The position numbers were made by a program, and so were the translations under genes. A stretch of DNA of 64,000 nt. Source: the human T2T-CHM13v2.0 reference genome, Homo sapiens. The notes beneath the pieces were generated by a model. It ran no database searches and was not told the DNA's origin. It saw nothing but the letters and a program-made list of their open reading frames with translations. Numbering within the stretch: the first letter of the stretch is position 1; each line of letters begins with the position of its first letter. The stretch lies in assembly GCF_009914755.1 (NCBI RefSeq), contig NC_060937.1. The stretch is one strand, 5' to 3'. This document shows positions 14,806 to 28,427 of the stretch, piece by piece.

Positions 14806-15539
14806 ACAGGTAATTTCTAAGTTGCTAATGAAATAACATCCCCTAAACCAAGCATTACTTGGTTTAAGTTATAGTATGATGTCTCTTGCTCAAATAATAA
14901 GCTATAGATAATTGAGACAAAGCCTTTTATTTGACAGATGACATTCAGAACTTCTTCTATCAATGAACTATCTTATACTAATTCAATTTCCTCAATCGCA
15001 TTTCAAGGAAATTAGTTTGTATAATTTATCTCACTACAAGTCCTACACAATCTGTCAGTTAAACTATTTAAATGTCCTTAAATAACACTTGCTTTCATTT
15101 GCTTTACTTAGCAGATTTTTCTACAGATCAATACAAAACACAAAGGTACATCACATAGCGTAGCATTAAGATGTTTGTTAGGGAAGTATTGAGAACTATA
15201 AGAGTGCCATTTGCTGTCACAGAATTCTAGACGTTCTAGATGAGTGAATATAATTATATCATTAGAACACTGTCTCATAGCTAATTTTTCTTCTGAGGTA
15301 CCCATGCATAGAAAGCATAGCAATAAGACATCGCCCAGATATTTTAGGACAGTGGATTAAATGGTGTACTAGGATGATGTCGATTTGTTTTAAAATATTT
15401 ATAAGAAAGGTTTTGAATAGTTGAGCAATTACTAAAGGAGGCTGGCATAATTGTAACACAGTCAGAGGCAATGCTCGGGTGGTGTTCTTATATATGAGAA
15501 ATTTCAACGAAATTCAGTAAAAGGCAATAATAATAAGAC

Positions 15540-15940
15540 AGATGGTTTTGGTAGAGCCTTGGCAGCTGTCAATGGAAAATATAAATCAGTGCATCCATTC
15601 CTTACAAGGTTTTCCTAGAAACTGACTGCAGAAAATTAGAATCCTGTCGGGGCCAACTAAATATGTGCCCTATATTGCTGACATAATATTCAGTTGGATA
15701 TGAGCAGATTTTAATTTCATATCCTAATTAACATTGATAGAGAGCAATTTCAAAAATGTTTCACCAGGATGAACTAAGTCTACTCAGTCGCTCTCTAAAA
15801 TTGGCCATGAACATTTGCATAAACAGCCTTCCGAGTCGCCTTCTTCCTTCCCCTTTCCTCTTCGCACAGCCAGCGCTGCACCGGTTGAATGAAATGATTC
15901 CGAATTACCCTCTGCCTTTCACACATTTCACGGTCTAAAT
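15540..15940. promoter_or_regulatory. Candidate enhancer / conserved non-coding element
   Basis: CAGCTGTCA 15563, ATAAATCA 15581, TAATTA 15725, ATTTGCAT 15813; 8 CpG in 15780-15940; no repeat recognised. Confidence 0.4.
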
Positions 15941-17730
15941 TCTATGACTGTCTGTGTATCAGCAGTTTAAGGAACCATGTTTTTTGCCTATGATTTTAGG
16001 TAAGAATTTGGAAATTTTTTAAAAAGAAAGAAACGTGTGAAACCTGTTCTATGCAAACACCTCAAGATGAAAGTCTCTTTGCTATAAAAATCCTATTAAC
16101 AAAAAGTTGCTAAATGTCTCTTCTCTGATAAACAGAAGACATTTGTGTCAAATATAAATGTAAACCATCATTTGTTTGTGTAATAATTTTTGTAATTGCT
16201 TCATTTCAATTTGTAAGACTCTCCCTATATTTTTCACCAATTACTCACTTCACATTACTATAAGTTAGTTTGCTGTGTAGATACCTCTAGAAAAATATTT
16301 TATTACCAAAAGTAGAAATGACGAAATTACTCCTTCCTAAACATGACTTTGGGATAGTTTTATTTTTCCATTTACAGCCTTTAATTTACTTGTATATATT
16401 TCAGATTGTTAAACATACCACTAAAAATACCAAAATCATATTATTTATAAATTATGGCCTTCTAAACATTGTGCATGTATATTTTCTTCTTGTAATTTGC
16501 AATTTTACAAATCTTAGAAAAATTATTGTATGCTTATTTTTTTCTGTAACCCTTTTTAAATTTTCATTTTTCCATCAATCATTTAAAATTTACTGAAGCC
16601 CAAAACTGCTAGAGACATAGTTCCCAGAATGGAAAAGAGATGCACAGAACAAGTTCCTTAATGACAAGAGCCATGTTTTTTTATATATCAGTGTGTAATA
16701 CCCAGCATGATGCTTAGTAGAGAGTATATATAAAATAAATGTTAGGGTGTAGAAGGATAACTGAACGAATAAATAAAAATTGCTGAACGTGGTAGACAGA
16801 ATAAAAAAGAAAAAGCCATTTTTATACCATTCCCATTACTACATTTTATTAGTTTGAATGCTTACCTTTAAGATTGAGGATGATAATTTACTTAATAGCC
16901 CTAAAGAAAAAAATCTCAAGGGAAAGTTGGGGTCACATGAATGGTTATTCGATGACCAGTAAATTCAATTGTGCTGGATGGTCAAGCCTTGGTCAGCACC
17001 CTTTGGGTAGAAATGGAAAAATCTCTTGCACACAACTGCCTGAAAAATCTCAATTTTGGTGTCATTCGTTTATATATTCAGTTATCCAAAAATACTTCCT
17101 AAGCACTTTCTAAATTCTAGCATTGTGCTACTAGGGAATGACCATCGCAGACATGAAAGAAATGGCCCTGCCCTCTCTGAAGGAAGGTAGCTGAGCTGTG
17201 CCTATTATTTGAAAGAAGCGAACAAATGGCCTAGAAAACCTGAGGAGACTGGATCCAATAGGTAAACAATATTGATACGAATTCTAAGGGCAATTACAAA
17301 AATTTAATGACATTATATTTCTATATTAAATATAACGTGGTCAATTTTTCTCTTAGGATTCTAGTTGGTTTCTAGAAAATATTAGTGAGAGCCAACTGGC
17401 ATCTTGCTCAAAAGTAGTAATTTTATAAGGTCCAATTACTATTTTGTGACCTAACATGGATTAAGAACCTTTAAAAAAAATGGCATCATAATATTCAGGG
17501 TCAAAATCATTAAGAAATATTTGATGAAAACTTTTCATCTTTAAAATATCACGTTTTTATTTTGCTGTTCTTTTTGTACAGAATTGTATCATGTTTTCCA
17601 GTGCAGAGCGATTACCTTCCCCAGGCAAAGGCTGAACTCTTTGAGCTAAAAAGTTCCCTTAGAAAAGTTACCCCAGAAGTATGGGGAGTTGCTTCATTTA
17701 TGGTTTTGATTTGTAAAACTAAGTACAAAT

Positions 17731-17824
17731 AAAATGAGTCCCTAAACAACAAATTTAATAAACGTTAATGAGCACCATTATAAACCAGGCAATTGCATCT
17801 GAATTAATTAATTTAACTCTAATA
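17731..17824 (+). repeat. Copy 2 of 94-bp dispersed direct duplication
   Basis: 84/94 identity with 14466-14559; abuts a MIR fragment on its right. Confidence 0.9.
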
Positions 17825-20800
17825 ACACGATGGTTTCAGAGGAGGCAGTGCCTTGCCCAAGGACACACAGGTAAAATGACAGTGCCTGATTTAAATACTG
17901 GCTCCCAGAGTCAGTCCATGCACCATGGAGCTGCTTCTATTATTTCGGCCCAATCTCAGTGAATTGCCTAAGACAGAAAATGTAGTTCCATTGACTTCTC
18001 CTTCCCTGTACCCAGCATCACAGTCAATTGCCACATCCGGCCCACTCCCCCACCCCAGTGTCACAATTGTGTCCTCTTTTCTACTTTCCTGGAATTATCT
18101 TTCCTAAACAGGAACATAAGCGTCCTTTCTAAAATCCTGCCTACAAGTGCCTAACCCACACCCTGGGCTTTTCTCTCGCCTGTCCACCTTGATCCAAGCA
18201 GGTATCCTTCCTGAAAGGCGCAATTTGTCTTCAAGACCTTGTTCACGCCCATCTTCTGTCTGGTATGCTCTTTAGTCATTCATTTAAAAATACCTTTAGC
18301 ATCAGTTATGCTCCAGTGCTTCCCTAGTGCTGGGGAGACAGAGAGAAAAAGACAGACACGGTCCAGTTCTCATTCCTTCCCACTTCCCTTTCCTTGAGGC
18401 TGGAGCTCAGAGGCCATTTTTTTTTTTTCTCTGAGAACTTTCTCTGGTCTCTGCCACTATAAACATGTGTCCTATCCTCCTCATACCCTCACTCTAGCTC
18501 CCTGCAGTGGAAAGTCCTGGACTAGTCCCCAAGCTCCCTGAAGACAGGGACAACATCCCTCCATCCTGTGGCACTCCTCACCTCACCAAGACCCAGCATG
18601 CAGTGGGTGGCGCTCAGCAGGTACTTGCACTGAATGTGTTCTTTTTCCCCACAGGAGAATATCGGCACACTGTCACACTCTTCTCAGTATGAGGGCACTC
18701 GGAATGTCTGGACATATCAGCCATTTTGAAAGATAATATGTGGATATTATAATCTTTAGAATTCAATATGCACTGAAAGATTGTGGTGTAATGAACAATA
18801 CCAGAGTAACTCAAATTTGTTCATTTGTCTATAAAAGTATATATATTTCTGTTCAAACCACAGGAATTTTTGCTTTGAACAAGAAATAGAAAACAAAATA
18901 CTTCTTTGTTAATGTAAGCAGATAAACTGTGCCTTATATATTTAATCATAATTATTTTGCTTCAAATTACATTTACTGGGACTTAAGTAATTGAAGACAA
19001 TAACATGCATCATAATTTAAATACCATAAATATAGCACAATTTAGGTCACTGAATATATGTCACTGACTTGGAGGGTGACCTAGACACCTGACATAAGAT
19101 AATCACTCTCAAGTCAAGCAACTAAAAACAGTAATTGAAATATGTTTACAGAAGTGTAATTATCCTAGGTTTATGTTTTATGAGTCTAATTATGTAACAT
19201 TAAAAATGACATTAAGTACATTTTACTGTAAGTAAATTTCATAGGTCACTTCACTATTTTTTAAAGATTTCTCAGCGCTTACTCTTACAGATGATATGCA
19301 GTCTCCTTAAATTTGCATATATATCATCAATAATTGACCCTCAAGTGAGCCAAAAACCTATCAATGCTATCAGTACTTGTTATTTCAGACATGTTTGTCT
19401 ATGCATTGTGTCACTTCTATGCTTACGGAAGAAGCATAGATGATATTTTAGGATGTCCAAGATAATTTTACTCCTTAATAATTGGAAAATAAACACATGC
19501 ATTCCCCACTCTCCCAGGAGCTCTTTTGTTCTTACAGAGGGATAGAAATGGAGGGAATATAATCCACTGCAGAGTTTATCTGCCTTCTTATGACCCTTGC
19601 TTTATTCCATCAGAAAAAAAAGCATGGTTTCAAAATGTCTAACTTACATGAGTAAATAAATATTAAATTGAGAAATGGGATGCTTTATTTAATCCTATGT
19701 GCGGTTACCTTCAATTAGCGATCACAGGAGCAAATGTACACAGAAATAAATTATTTTCTACAATCTTGGAAGTCTTGAATATACATTTTGCAAGTGTCTT
19801 CTTAATGAACTGGTAACAATTCTCACTAGTGTTGGTGCTGGCCTTCACCTGTGGCTTCTTCCGCCCAGATCCCTAAAGCCTGTGGGCTGTTAATCACAAA
19901 ATCACGGAAAAAATATGATGCACCAAATTAAAAGGTCAATCCCAACATCTGTAGGTTTAAAAAAAGTGTTGCCTTAAATATTTTCTTACTGTCATTCATA
20001 GTTCTAAATAAGATTTTGTAGAATTATATAGAAAGAAACGAAGAAAGATTCAGAAACCTCATCCCTTTTGTAACAGTTTCAGATTGCAAGCATTTGAAGG
20101 AAGCATATAAACCTCGAAGTGACCTAGAGAGAAAAAGCAATGGTTGGGAAGGCACATGCGTTTTAGAGGGCTGACCTAGATTCCAATACCAAAGACTCTG
20201 CTGTGCTCCTGGGTTCTGTTGCCTACAGTTTTAAAATATTCTGTGCCTTCAGGTAATTTAATGTAGTCACTACTGATGTGGCTTAAATATTGACCTTTTC
20301 AATTGTGAGGAAGATGAAATACTTGCAGTATTTATGAAAACATTAAAAGACGGAAATGTTAAAACATTCTAGATCAAATTAAAGAAATTACATCAGAAAA
20401 GAACCCCAGAAAAAAAATGAACATTCAGACACACCTATTTTTTTAAAAAGCCAATTACATATTTTGTCCATTTCTTAATCTCTCACGTAACTTAGAAATG
20501 ATAAGAAAATATGATGAGCTTTGAACAGCAAGGGACTGTTAATTTATCTTTAAATATGGTGTCAAAATGTGACATCTGGTCAGAAAAGCAAAAAATGTCT
20601 ATACATAAGGTTGATTCAATACACTAAGTTGATGAGAAAAGTTGAAATGTACTTTCAGAATAATTCTTCAAAAAGTCACTCCATAATCCCTGACCTAGGA
20701 TTATGATAGTTTCCAATGAAACTGAAATCTTTGCATTTTATTTACCAAATGTTTCTCCAACCAACTACAAGAAACGGAAAACAGACTTTTTAATAGCTGT

Positions 20801-21659
20801 TTTGTTTAAACCCCAAGAGTTTCAATGCAATAAATCAATAACATATACTTAAAAACCCCTGATTCATGGGCATCATGCTTCATTTCTTTTCTTTCTAAAT
20901 CATTCTTATAAATTAAATTACATTTGCTGGTAGACATTCTATAATTCTTCTTCAAAGTTAAAACAATTTTTGGCTGGTCCATCTTATTTTCTATTTTGGT
21001 GAATTCCAATGTGTTTGAAACTCTAAATATCACGCCAGTAGACACTTATTAAAATACCAAATACTGACATGCACTTCTAAAAGTACATAATAGTATATTC
21101 ACATTCTTTCATTATTAATCCCTTAATGACTTATCCTTTTTAAATTCAACTATAAAATATTCAGTATGTAAATATGATTATATTGATATGAAAATGTGTT
21201 TATTCAGCTTCGTAAAAGTTTGTATTGTTGCAAAATATTATTTTCAATATCTAAGATATAATATGCACAACTAAATACCAACTATTACCATGCATAAAAA
21301 TATACTGTCATGCATTTTTGTATAATATTACTACACCTGGATGACTCTGCAAGAACTAATAAAATCAAAGCAGTAAAAACAAAAGGCTTAACACTTCAAA
21401 TAGGGGAACTATTTGCAAATGTCTAAAATGACACACCAATATGTGAAAATTTTCAATGCTGATGAGCATTAGTTTTCAACAACAGGAAAAGTCATTGAGC
21501 CAGTAGATGGCTGCCAGCCAAGAAGCACTTGTAGATTTTATATTATTCTTTCCACACTGCATTACCTAACTATTGTGATAACACGGAAAATGTACCAATG
21601 ATAAATGAACTCAAAATATTTCAATGTGGTTCCTTCTACAAATAATAATTTATGCCAGA

Positions 21660-21815
21660 AGCAAATGTTATCTGGTGAGTTCTAGGTCTCTCTCATTAAC
21701 AGGCTGTCTGATTTAGGAAAATTACTTTTTTCTCTTCAGGCTTCATTTAGTTTATTTATCAAAGGGGACCATAATGACTGCTAATTTGCAGGGGTATTGT
21801 AAAACGCAAATGTTT
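21660..21815 (+). mobile_element. MIR (diverged)
   Basis: ggctgtctgatttaggaaaattactt...caggcttcatttagtttatttatcaaagggg. Confidence 0.55.
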
Positions 21816-21922
21816 TTGCAGTCTAGATATATACCCCATGGGGAACAGCTCACACGGACTACCATATAAATGACTGTACCAAACAATGTTTACAATGAAA
21901 TCTTTATGATATTTATTTAGAT

Positions 21923-22354
21923 TGCCAAGCCTAAGTAACAGACAGAGAGGAAGACTATAAAAGAAAATTATATTTATTTGGAAATAGGCATTGCAATGGG
22001 AATATATGTGAGTGTGTTCCAGGAGGTAAAGGGAGGCAAGAATCTTTAAGAGAAAAATGAGGAGGGTTACATAAGTTGTTGTGAGACAATTATACTTGGC
22101 TACAAGAATCGATAACAAGGGTGGCATCAGTCCAAGGTTGGACAGGCAGTTGCGGGGCCGATGCACTCACAGAAGTATATATATTTTTGTAAGGTTGCAG
22201 TAGCCTTTGTGGGTTATAGGTTTTGCAGAGTCTTTTGTGGCAGCCTTGTTATCAGGCATACATGAGTGAGAATCCTCTCTTCTTAACCTTTCTCGGCTCC
22301 ATCTGTCAGGCTTGAAACACAAGTGACTCCATTCTAATTCTGACAACTTTTAAA
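21923..22354 (-). mobile_element. Solo ERV1 LTR, MER65A-like
   Basis: Reverse complement matches recalled MER65 (GTTGTCAGAAT..AATGGAGTCACTTGTG, GCAACTGCCTGTCCAACC, ATTCCCATTGCAATGCC); 4-bp TSD AGAT/AGAT. Confidence 0.85.
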
Positions 22355-23199
22355 AGATTCTTCCATATGAAAGGAATATCTATCTTTTTCCCCTAGAGAA
22401 TATAAATTTCACTTAGTTTTTTGCACATTTTTCCCAAGATTTGTCCTACTTTTGGCTTATTAAAATCTGTCTTTCCTTCTCCTGACTTCCTGCACAACAG
22501 GGTAATCTTAACTTCAATAGCTCTTCTTGCTATGCACATCAACTATGAACAGAGGCTTTTACAGAAACACTGATGACTCGAGAAAAGAAAGTGTAGCTGA
22601 AAGAGGGAGTGATCTTTCTTATCTGTATTTTCCTATTTGCGCAACTTTTAGCTGTGATCAAATTTCCACTATACAGATTTAAAAAAAAAAAAAAAATGAC
22701 TGCTTAGATAGATTAGGAGAACAAAGTGGAAAGCTATGCAGTAAAAGAAAAGGCAGTTTGGAAGTTTACTTCCCGATATCTCACAAAATGTATCTCCCTG
22801 CCTCAGATCATAATATTACACATAACTGGGAGGGAGATCAAGAAACCTTGCAATACACATCCAAATCGAAATGCCTTTTCACTAGATGGTCCTATACAGA
22901 AACCACTGTCACTCCTGGAAATAAGTTACTAATAGGCCTGTGACTATGCAGACCTGCTTATATGAACTTCAAGAATAGGGCTAACAAACCTTGTTTTCTG
23001 AAATCATAAACTATACAAAATTTTCAGTGAAAACCTATGACTAAAGAAGAAACAACTCACTCTAGAAATCCGAGCCACCGGAGTCACTTTGACTCAGGGA
23101 AGCAGATTCAATTTTAAATAAGGTGCAGAGTTTCAGATATGGAGTTTGGGGATTCAGCATTTCACATTTCTCTTCATTATCTAGTTTGCAAAGAAACAG

Positions 23200-23640
23200 A
23201 ACCCCAATCCTATGTTCACTTCTCATACTGCGGTTAATCAGGCCATGACCTAAATATGTTTTTACCTAGACGTGGACAAGGCTGTTTTAACCATCTGTCT
23301 TCTCAAGCCACATCATCCCTCCTCTTGTGCAATCGTTGCTTTCTTTCCAATGATGTTCCTACCCCTCTTAGTGCCTCCCAACTCTTGAACAATTACTGAG
23401 ATAAGCAGTTACTGTAAAGACTCTGTCTCATGACAATATCCAATGTGAAGGCATTTGCCACTTCACTTACACTATATGTACCATAATTCAGCAAAATTTC
23501 AAACTCTAGAAAAGCCCTTTTCTCCTCCCTCTAACTGACGCACCCACTGTTCACATAGGGTGTGCTTCCTTTTCTGCACAGCAAATTTAAAATGCAAAGG
23601 TTGCCCTTGGCAGTTGTTGGCTGGTGGTCTTTATCACCTT
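23200..23640 (+). mobile_element. Possible old ERV1 LTR (MER110-like)
   Basis: gacaatatccaat, aagccctttt, cccactgttcacatagggtgtg, ctggtggtcttt motifs; family and boundaries uncertain. Confidence 0.4.
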
Positions 23641-23829
23641 GGGGAAGCATGAAATGTGCCCTCAATTTTTGGAAGACTTATTTTTGCTATAATTAACTGT
23701 CTTGTATGAGATCTTAATATCACGCCCACTTTATATCCTCATCATGTCTTTCCCAGATAGAACGTTCACTATAGTCCACCCATACACGTGTCTAAGAAAA
23801 CAGAATCCATACTCATGGAAACGTCCACC

Positions 23830-25600
23830 AGATTTCTCAATCACACCTCACCTTTTTCTTTTATCCTCATTTATCAACTGCATTCTGTCTCAAGGAAGAA
23901 ATAGTTCTACCCCTTTTAAGGCAAATCACTCCATCAGAGTTTTAATCTTATCATGTCTCTCATTTCCATTCTCTCTCTCTCCTTTCTTCTTCTCTCCTAT
24001 TTTACCACTTTTTCCCCTTGATTTATGCATATCCTAGGACCGCATCATACTACTATTTCATCTAGCTTTCTTCTCTCAAATTTTTCCTAGAAAGAAATTT
24101 ACATTTTCTACTTCCTTACCAATCCTCTTTCCTAAATATGATCAAATTGGTTTCTTTTTCATTTCTCCATCTCTGTAGAAATTATTTTCTCCAAGACCAA
24201 CAACCTCTTCCCAATGGAAAACCCATACTCTACATATGACTCAATATCTCCTCAAATTTGACACTTTTAAACAGTCATGTAATTGCCATTTTCCTGCCCT
24301 TTTATAATGATTCCTTAGCACTTTTCCTTCTCTGTCACTAACAATTTATCTCAGAGTCTCTTCATCCCTCATTCAATGACTGGCCATCCTGAAGTCTATC
24401 TCTCCCAGATTCGGGCACCATTCCTCTTTTCTTCTTGCTCTCTAGGTTCTTTCCCATAACTACCTGTCATCACCTCTATACAGATAAGCCCTAAGTCTAT
24501 ACATTTCTGTTGATCTCCTTAATTAATTTGATATCCATGTTTCCAATAGCTTCTTTTATATTTATACACAAATGTCCTGAAAACATCTTAAACTGGGTAG
24601 ATATAAAGCTAACATTATTTTTCAAAAAATCTTCTTCCGTTCTTGTCTTGGTTATTGGCAGATCATTATTTTTATAACCCAAGCTAAGCCATCATGCTTC
24701 TCTAAGATTGCTTTGTCTCTCACATTTACTTCATTCCATCAGTCACAAACTCCTGTCAATATGCAGTTCAAAGTCTGTCCCATCCTGTTCTTCTTTTTTG
24801 CATGCAAAAAAAGTCATTCTGTGAACTAGATCTTCAAAGTCTCTCCATAGAGATGTTGCTTTCGCATATTGGTCAATCTTCTCATTAATCTCTTGCCTCT
24901 CTATTCTGTCCTCTTCTCTAGAACCAGATTAACTTCTGTACAATTCTCCACTTATATGTGCAAACATACATTATTCATAAATTATGTATATATTATTCAT
25001 AAATTATGTATATTATGTATCTAATATATCAATAACGCACAATTATATCCTGTGATGTACTGTGACACACTACACCTTTACTCAGAAATATTTATCTATA
25101 GAGTCCAAAATCCTCCTTATGAAACTCAAGAGCTTCTGTTAAGAGGCACTTTTAAGCTTTGCATTATTCTTTAAGCAGCATCCATCTCCCTACAGAACAC
25201 TATCTAAGCTGCAGGCACACTGGATAATTAATTGCTACTGAAACATAGTGTACAATTTCATACTTGTTTTTACTTGTGCTGTTTCCTCAGGGGAGATGTT
25301 ATTTCTCTTTTGTCCACTTAAGAAATTCTACCAAACCATCAAACCTCAAATTAAATGCCACAGTCTATAAATGTCCCTGATTCCTGAAATAAATGTTTCT
25401 TTGACTCTGATTATGTGCCTTTTAATCTCCAATGTGCCTTTTAATCTCTGTTACAGTTCTATATCTTACATTGATTGACATTCTATGTGTATGTGGCATA
25501 TGTATCCTCTTTATTAAATTATGAGCTCACAGAAGACAGGAAATGCATATTATTAATCTTTATGGCCCCCTAAAGTATGTGTTTGACTTTGGAAAACAGA
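23830..25600 (+). mobile_element. Long L2 remnant
   Basis: Pyrimidine-rich collinear L2 motifs (ttctccaagaccaacaacctc, aaacatcttaaactgg, atgagctcacagaagacagg). Confidence 0.7.
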
Positions 25601-25637
25601 TACTTTAAATGCTTTTGTGTTTTTGTATATTTATACC

Positions 25638-25940
25638 TGTTTTAGTTCATTTTCTGCTGCTATAGCAGAATGCTACAGCCTGGGTAATTTATAAAAGAAA
25701 TGTATTTGGCTCATGGTTCTGAAAGCTGGTAAGTCCAAGAATATGGCCCAGACATCTGGGGAGGGCCTCATCTCATGGTGGAAAGGCGATAACTAACCTA
25801 CTCCCATGATAATGACATTAATCCCTTTATAAGGGCAGAGCCCTCATGGCCTAATAAGTTCCTGAAGGCCTCATCTCCTAATACGATGGGAATTAAGTTT
25901 CCAGCACATTAACTTTAGGGGACACATTCAAGCCATAGCA
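25638..25940 (-). mobile_element. MaLR solo LTR (MSTC/MSTD-like)
   Basis: tgttttagttcattttctgctgctata...ggggacacattcaagccatagca; 5-bp TSD atacc/acacc. Confidence 0.85.
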
Positions 25941-26778
25941 ACACCTTTCATTGTCTTTATTGATATGCAGGGAAGTTTATCATAACAGTTAAAATTTTTC
26001 CTCATTTGGTATTTTCATAAGACCTAAGAACTAATGGAATCTAAGAAATAGAAAATATTTTAATGGTGGTTAGTATTAAGGGTTTAATACTTAAACAGAA
26101 TTATTAATAGCAGCATTTTAAAATTGATCAAATCTTAGTGAAGTTCCATGAAAAACTAAAGCTTCATTCATTTCACCTAGATGTATGTTAAATGAATGAA
26201 AAGTCTACAGGTAGCATAAATGCTGACATATCCAAATATTACAGTTTCATTTTCATGAAGAAAGTATAACTACCAAGTAAATTTTGTCATTATAAATACT
26301 ACTGGCCTCAAATGAATTAAATGTTTTTATTATAATAGTATTTGTTAACTAATCAAAATAATACCACTATAATATTCTAAAACAGTTTGATCTTAGACTA
26401 GTGAAAAAGACCACTTGAAATGGGTTCTTTTGATTTATGTGCAAAGAATATACAACATTGACATATTTTATCTTAGGTCTACTTAGCAATGTGATTTTTA
26501 GTCATGTCAATGAAAAAATATTTCTAAAAATAGCTACAAAGTTTGTATCATAATATTAATATTCAAACTTCTCTGTATTGATGTACATTTTAACCCATAG
26601 ATTTATACAGAACTTTATACAATTAATTTCATATTTAGCATGTAAAACTTCTTATGATTGTAAGTAGTTAATATTTATTTGTATTTTTATCAAGCCATGG
26701 AGTCTGTTTTCAAACAGTATTATTTTCTGAAAATTTCTAAATAATGCTACAATTTCTATCCATGTTATAATGAGAGGG

Positions 26779-27064
26779 TTTTTGTTGTTGTTTTTCATTT
26801 TTTTTGTTTGTTGGTTGGTTCGTTAGTTTGAGACAGGGTCTCGCTCTGTCACCTAGGTTGGCGTGCAGTGGTGTCATCTTGGCTCACTGCAACTTTTGCC
26901 TTCCTACAGGCATGCATCACCACACCTGGCTAATTTTTGTATTTTTTGTAGAGAATAGGTTTTGCCATGTTGTCCAGGCCAGTCTTGAGCTCTTGGATTC
27001 AAGAGATCTACCTGCCTCAGCCTCCCAAAGTGCTGGGATTACAGGTGTGAGCACCACGCCTGGA
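26779..27064 (-). mobile_element. AluJ with internal deletion
   Basis: gagacagggtctcgctctgtc; right-monomer segment missing between ttttgccttc and ctacagg (~26903). Confidence 0.9.
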
Positions 27065-28427
27065 TAACATTATTATGATCTGTTTTGTAAAGCTTATTCT
27101 CTTTTGCCCTTATTGCAAGAAGATTAGCAAGTTTCTTATTAGATATTCACTATGAAATAGGCTTGGTAAAATTTTCATAAATTGTGAGTTACTGAGCTTT
27201 GAATAAATATGCTTATTTATATGTGTCATTTCCCCATAGCAAATTATCACAGTGAACAATGAAACCAAAGCTATAATTAAGTTGATAGAAAATGACTGTT
27301 ATATTCTGCAACAGCATTATAGGTCTTGAAGGTGACTGGTTTATAAACACAAGCTTAAAACGTAAAGAAACAACACATGGAACATATGAACCAGCCTGAG
27401 GAAAGCCAAAGTATTTAATTCCTCCTGTAACATTAATTTCATGTTGTAAAGCTCAAAAATAAGTTTTGGAAAGCTCAAACTTGTTTTGTTTATTTGTGTG
27501 TTTTCCCATTTTCTCATAAGGTTGGCTATATAACAGGTACTATTTATTACAAATTATTATTATATTACACATGTACTAGGTGTTATATATTTCATGCAGG
27601 GTAGATACTTACTGAATTCAACTGGCTGTTAATAATAGAAACTTTCTGTTGAAAATTCTAGCAAAGTGCATAAAGAAGACCAGCAAAAAAAAAAAAAATT
27701 TCTATTCTGACATCGGGATGGGGCTTGTGGGTTCAAACAAGAAGAAGAAGAAAGTATTAAATCAGTATAAATCCATCAGACCTTCCATATACATGAATAA
27801 GATAGACACTGAATGGACACTGGAGATGCAGGTGGGTCTGTGTTGCTGAGATTCAAGATCATGAGTTTAATTAAATAATTAATTAAATTGCTGTTGTTAT
27901 TGTTGCTATCATTGTTTAACTATTCTAGTTGGATTTTAGATATAAACATATAATCAATGTAGGTATCCAAAATACATAGGTTTTTGAGCTTATGGCATGA
28001 GAAGATAATAGGGGGAGTACAAAGAAGGAAACTAGAGGAGTATTATCTTTTACCCTGCAAACTGTGGAAAAGAAACATAAAAGGGAAACTCATACAGCAG
28101 ACCACTGATTCCTATTTCAGGGGAATATCTTGTGGCTGGACAAGAGTTGTACCTAAGGAACAGGGATGGATTTTCTGATGTTTATATTAAAAGCCACTAG
28201 AAGACAGGACTTTCTGATAGAATTCACCTTGCCATGATATTGTCAACTCTCAGTCAAAGGTAAGAAGAGGTATTTTTAGACAATACCCCTATCCATCATC
28301 CTCAATCTGTCTACACCACCAGCAAAACCAGTCGCACACGGAGGCTGTAGACCCTTCCTTTTACTGGCCATCCAGGTCCTGGAAGAGAAGGAGTACTAAT
28401 ACGCATTTTGGATTTTCCAAACTTTTA

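Noticed and set aside
27118-27129. AGAAGATTAGCA match to U6 snRNA
   Set aside because: Only 12 nt; flanks do not extend the alignment
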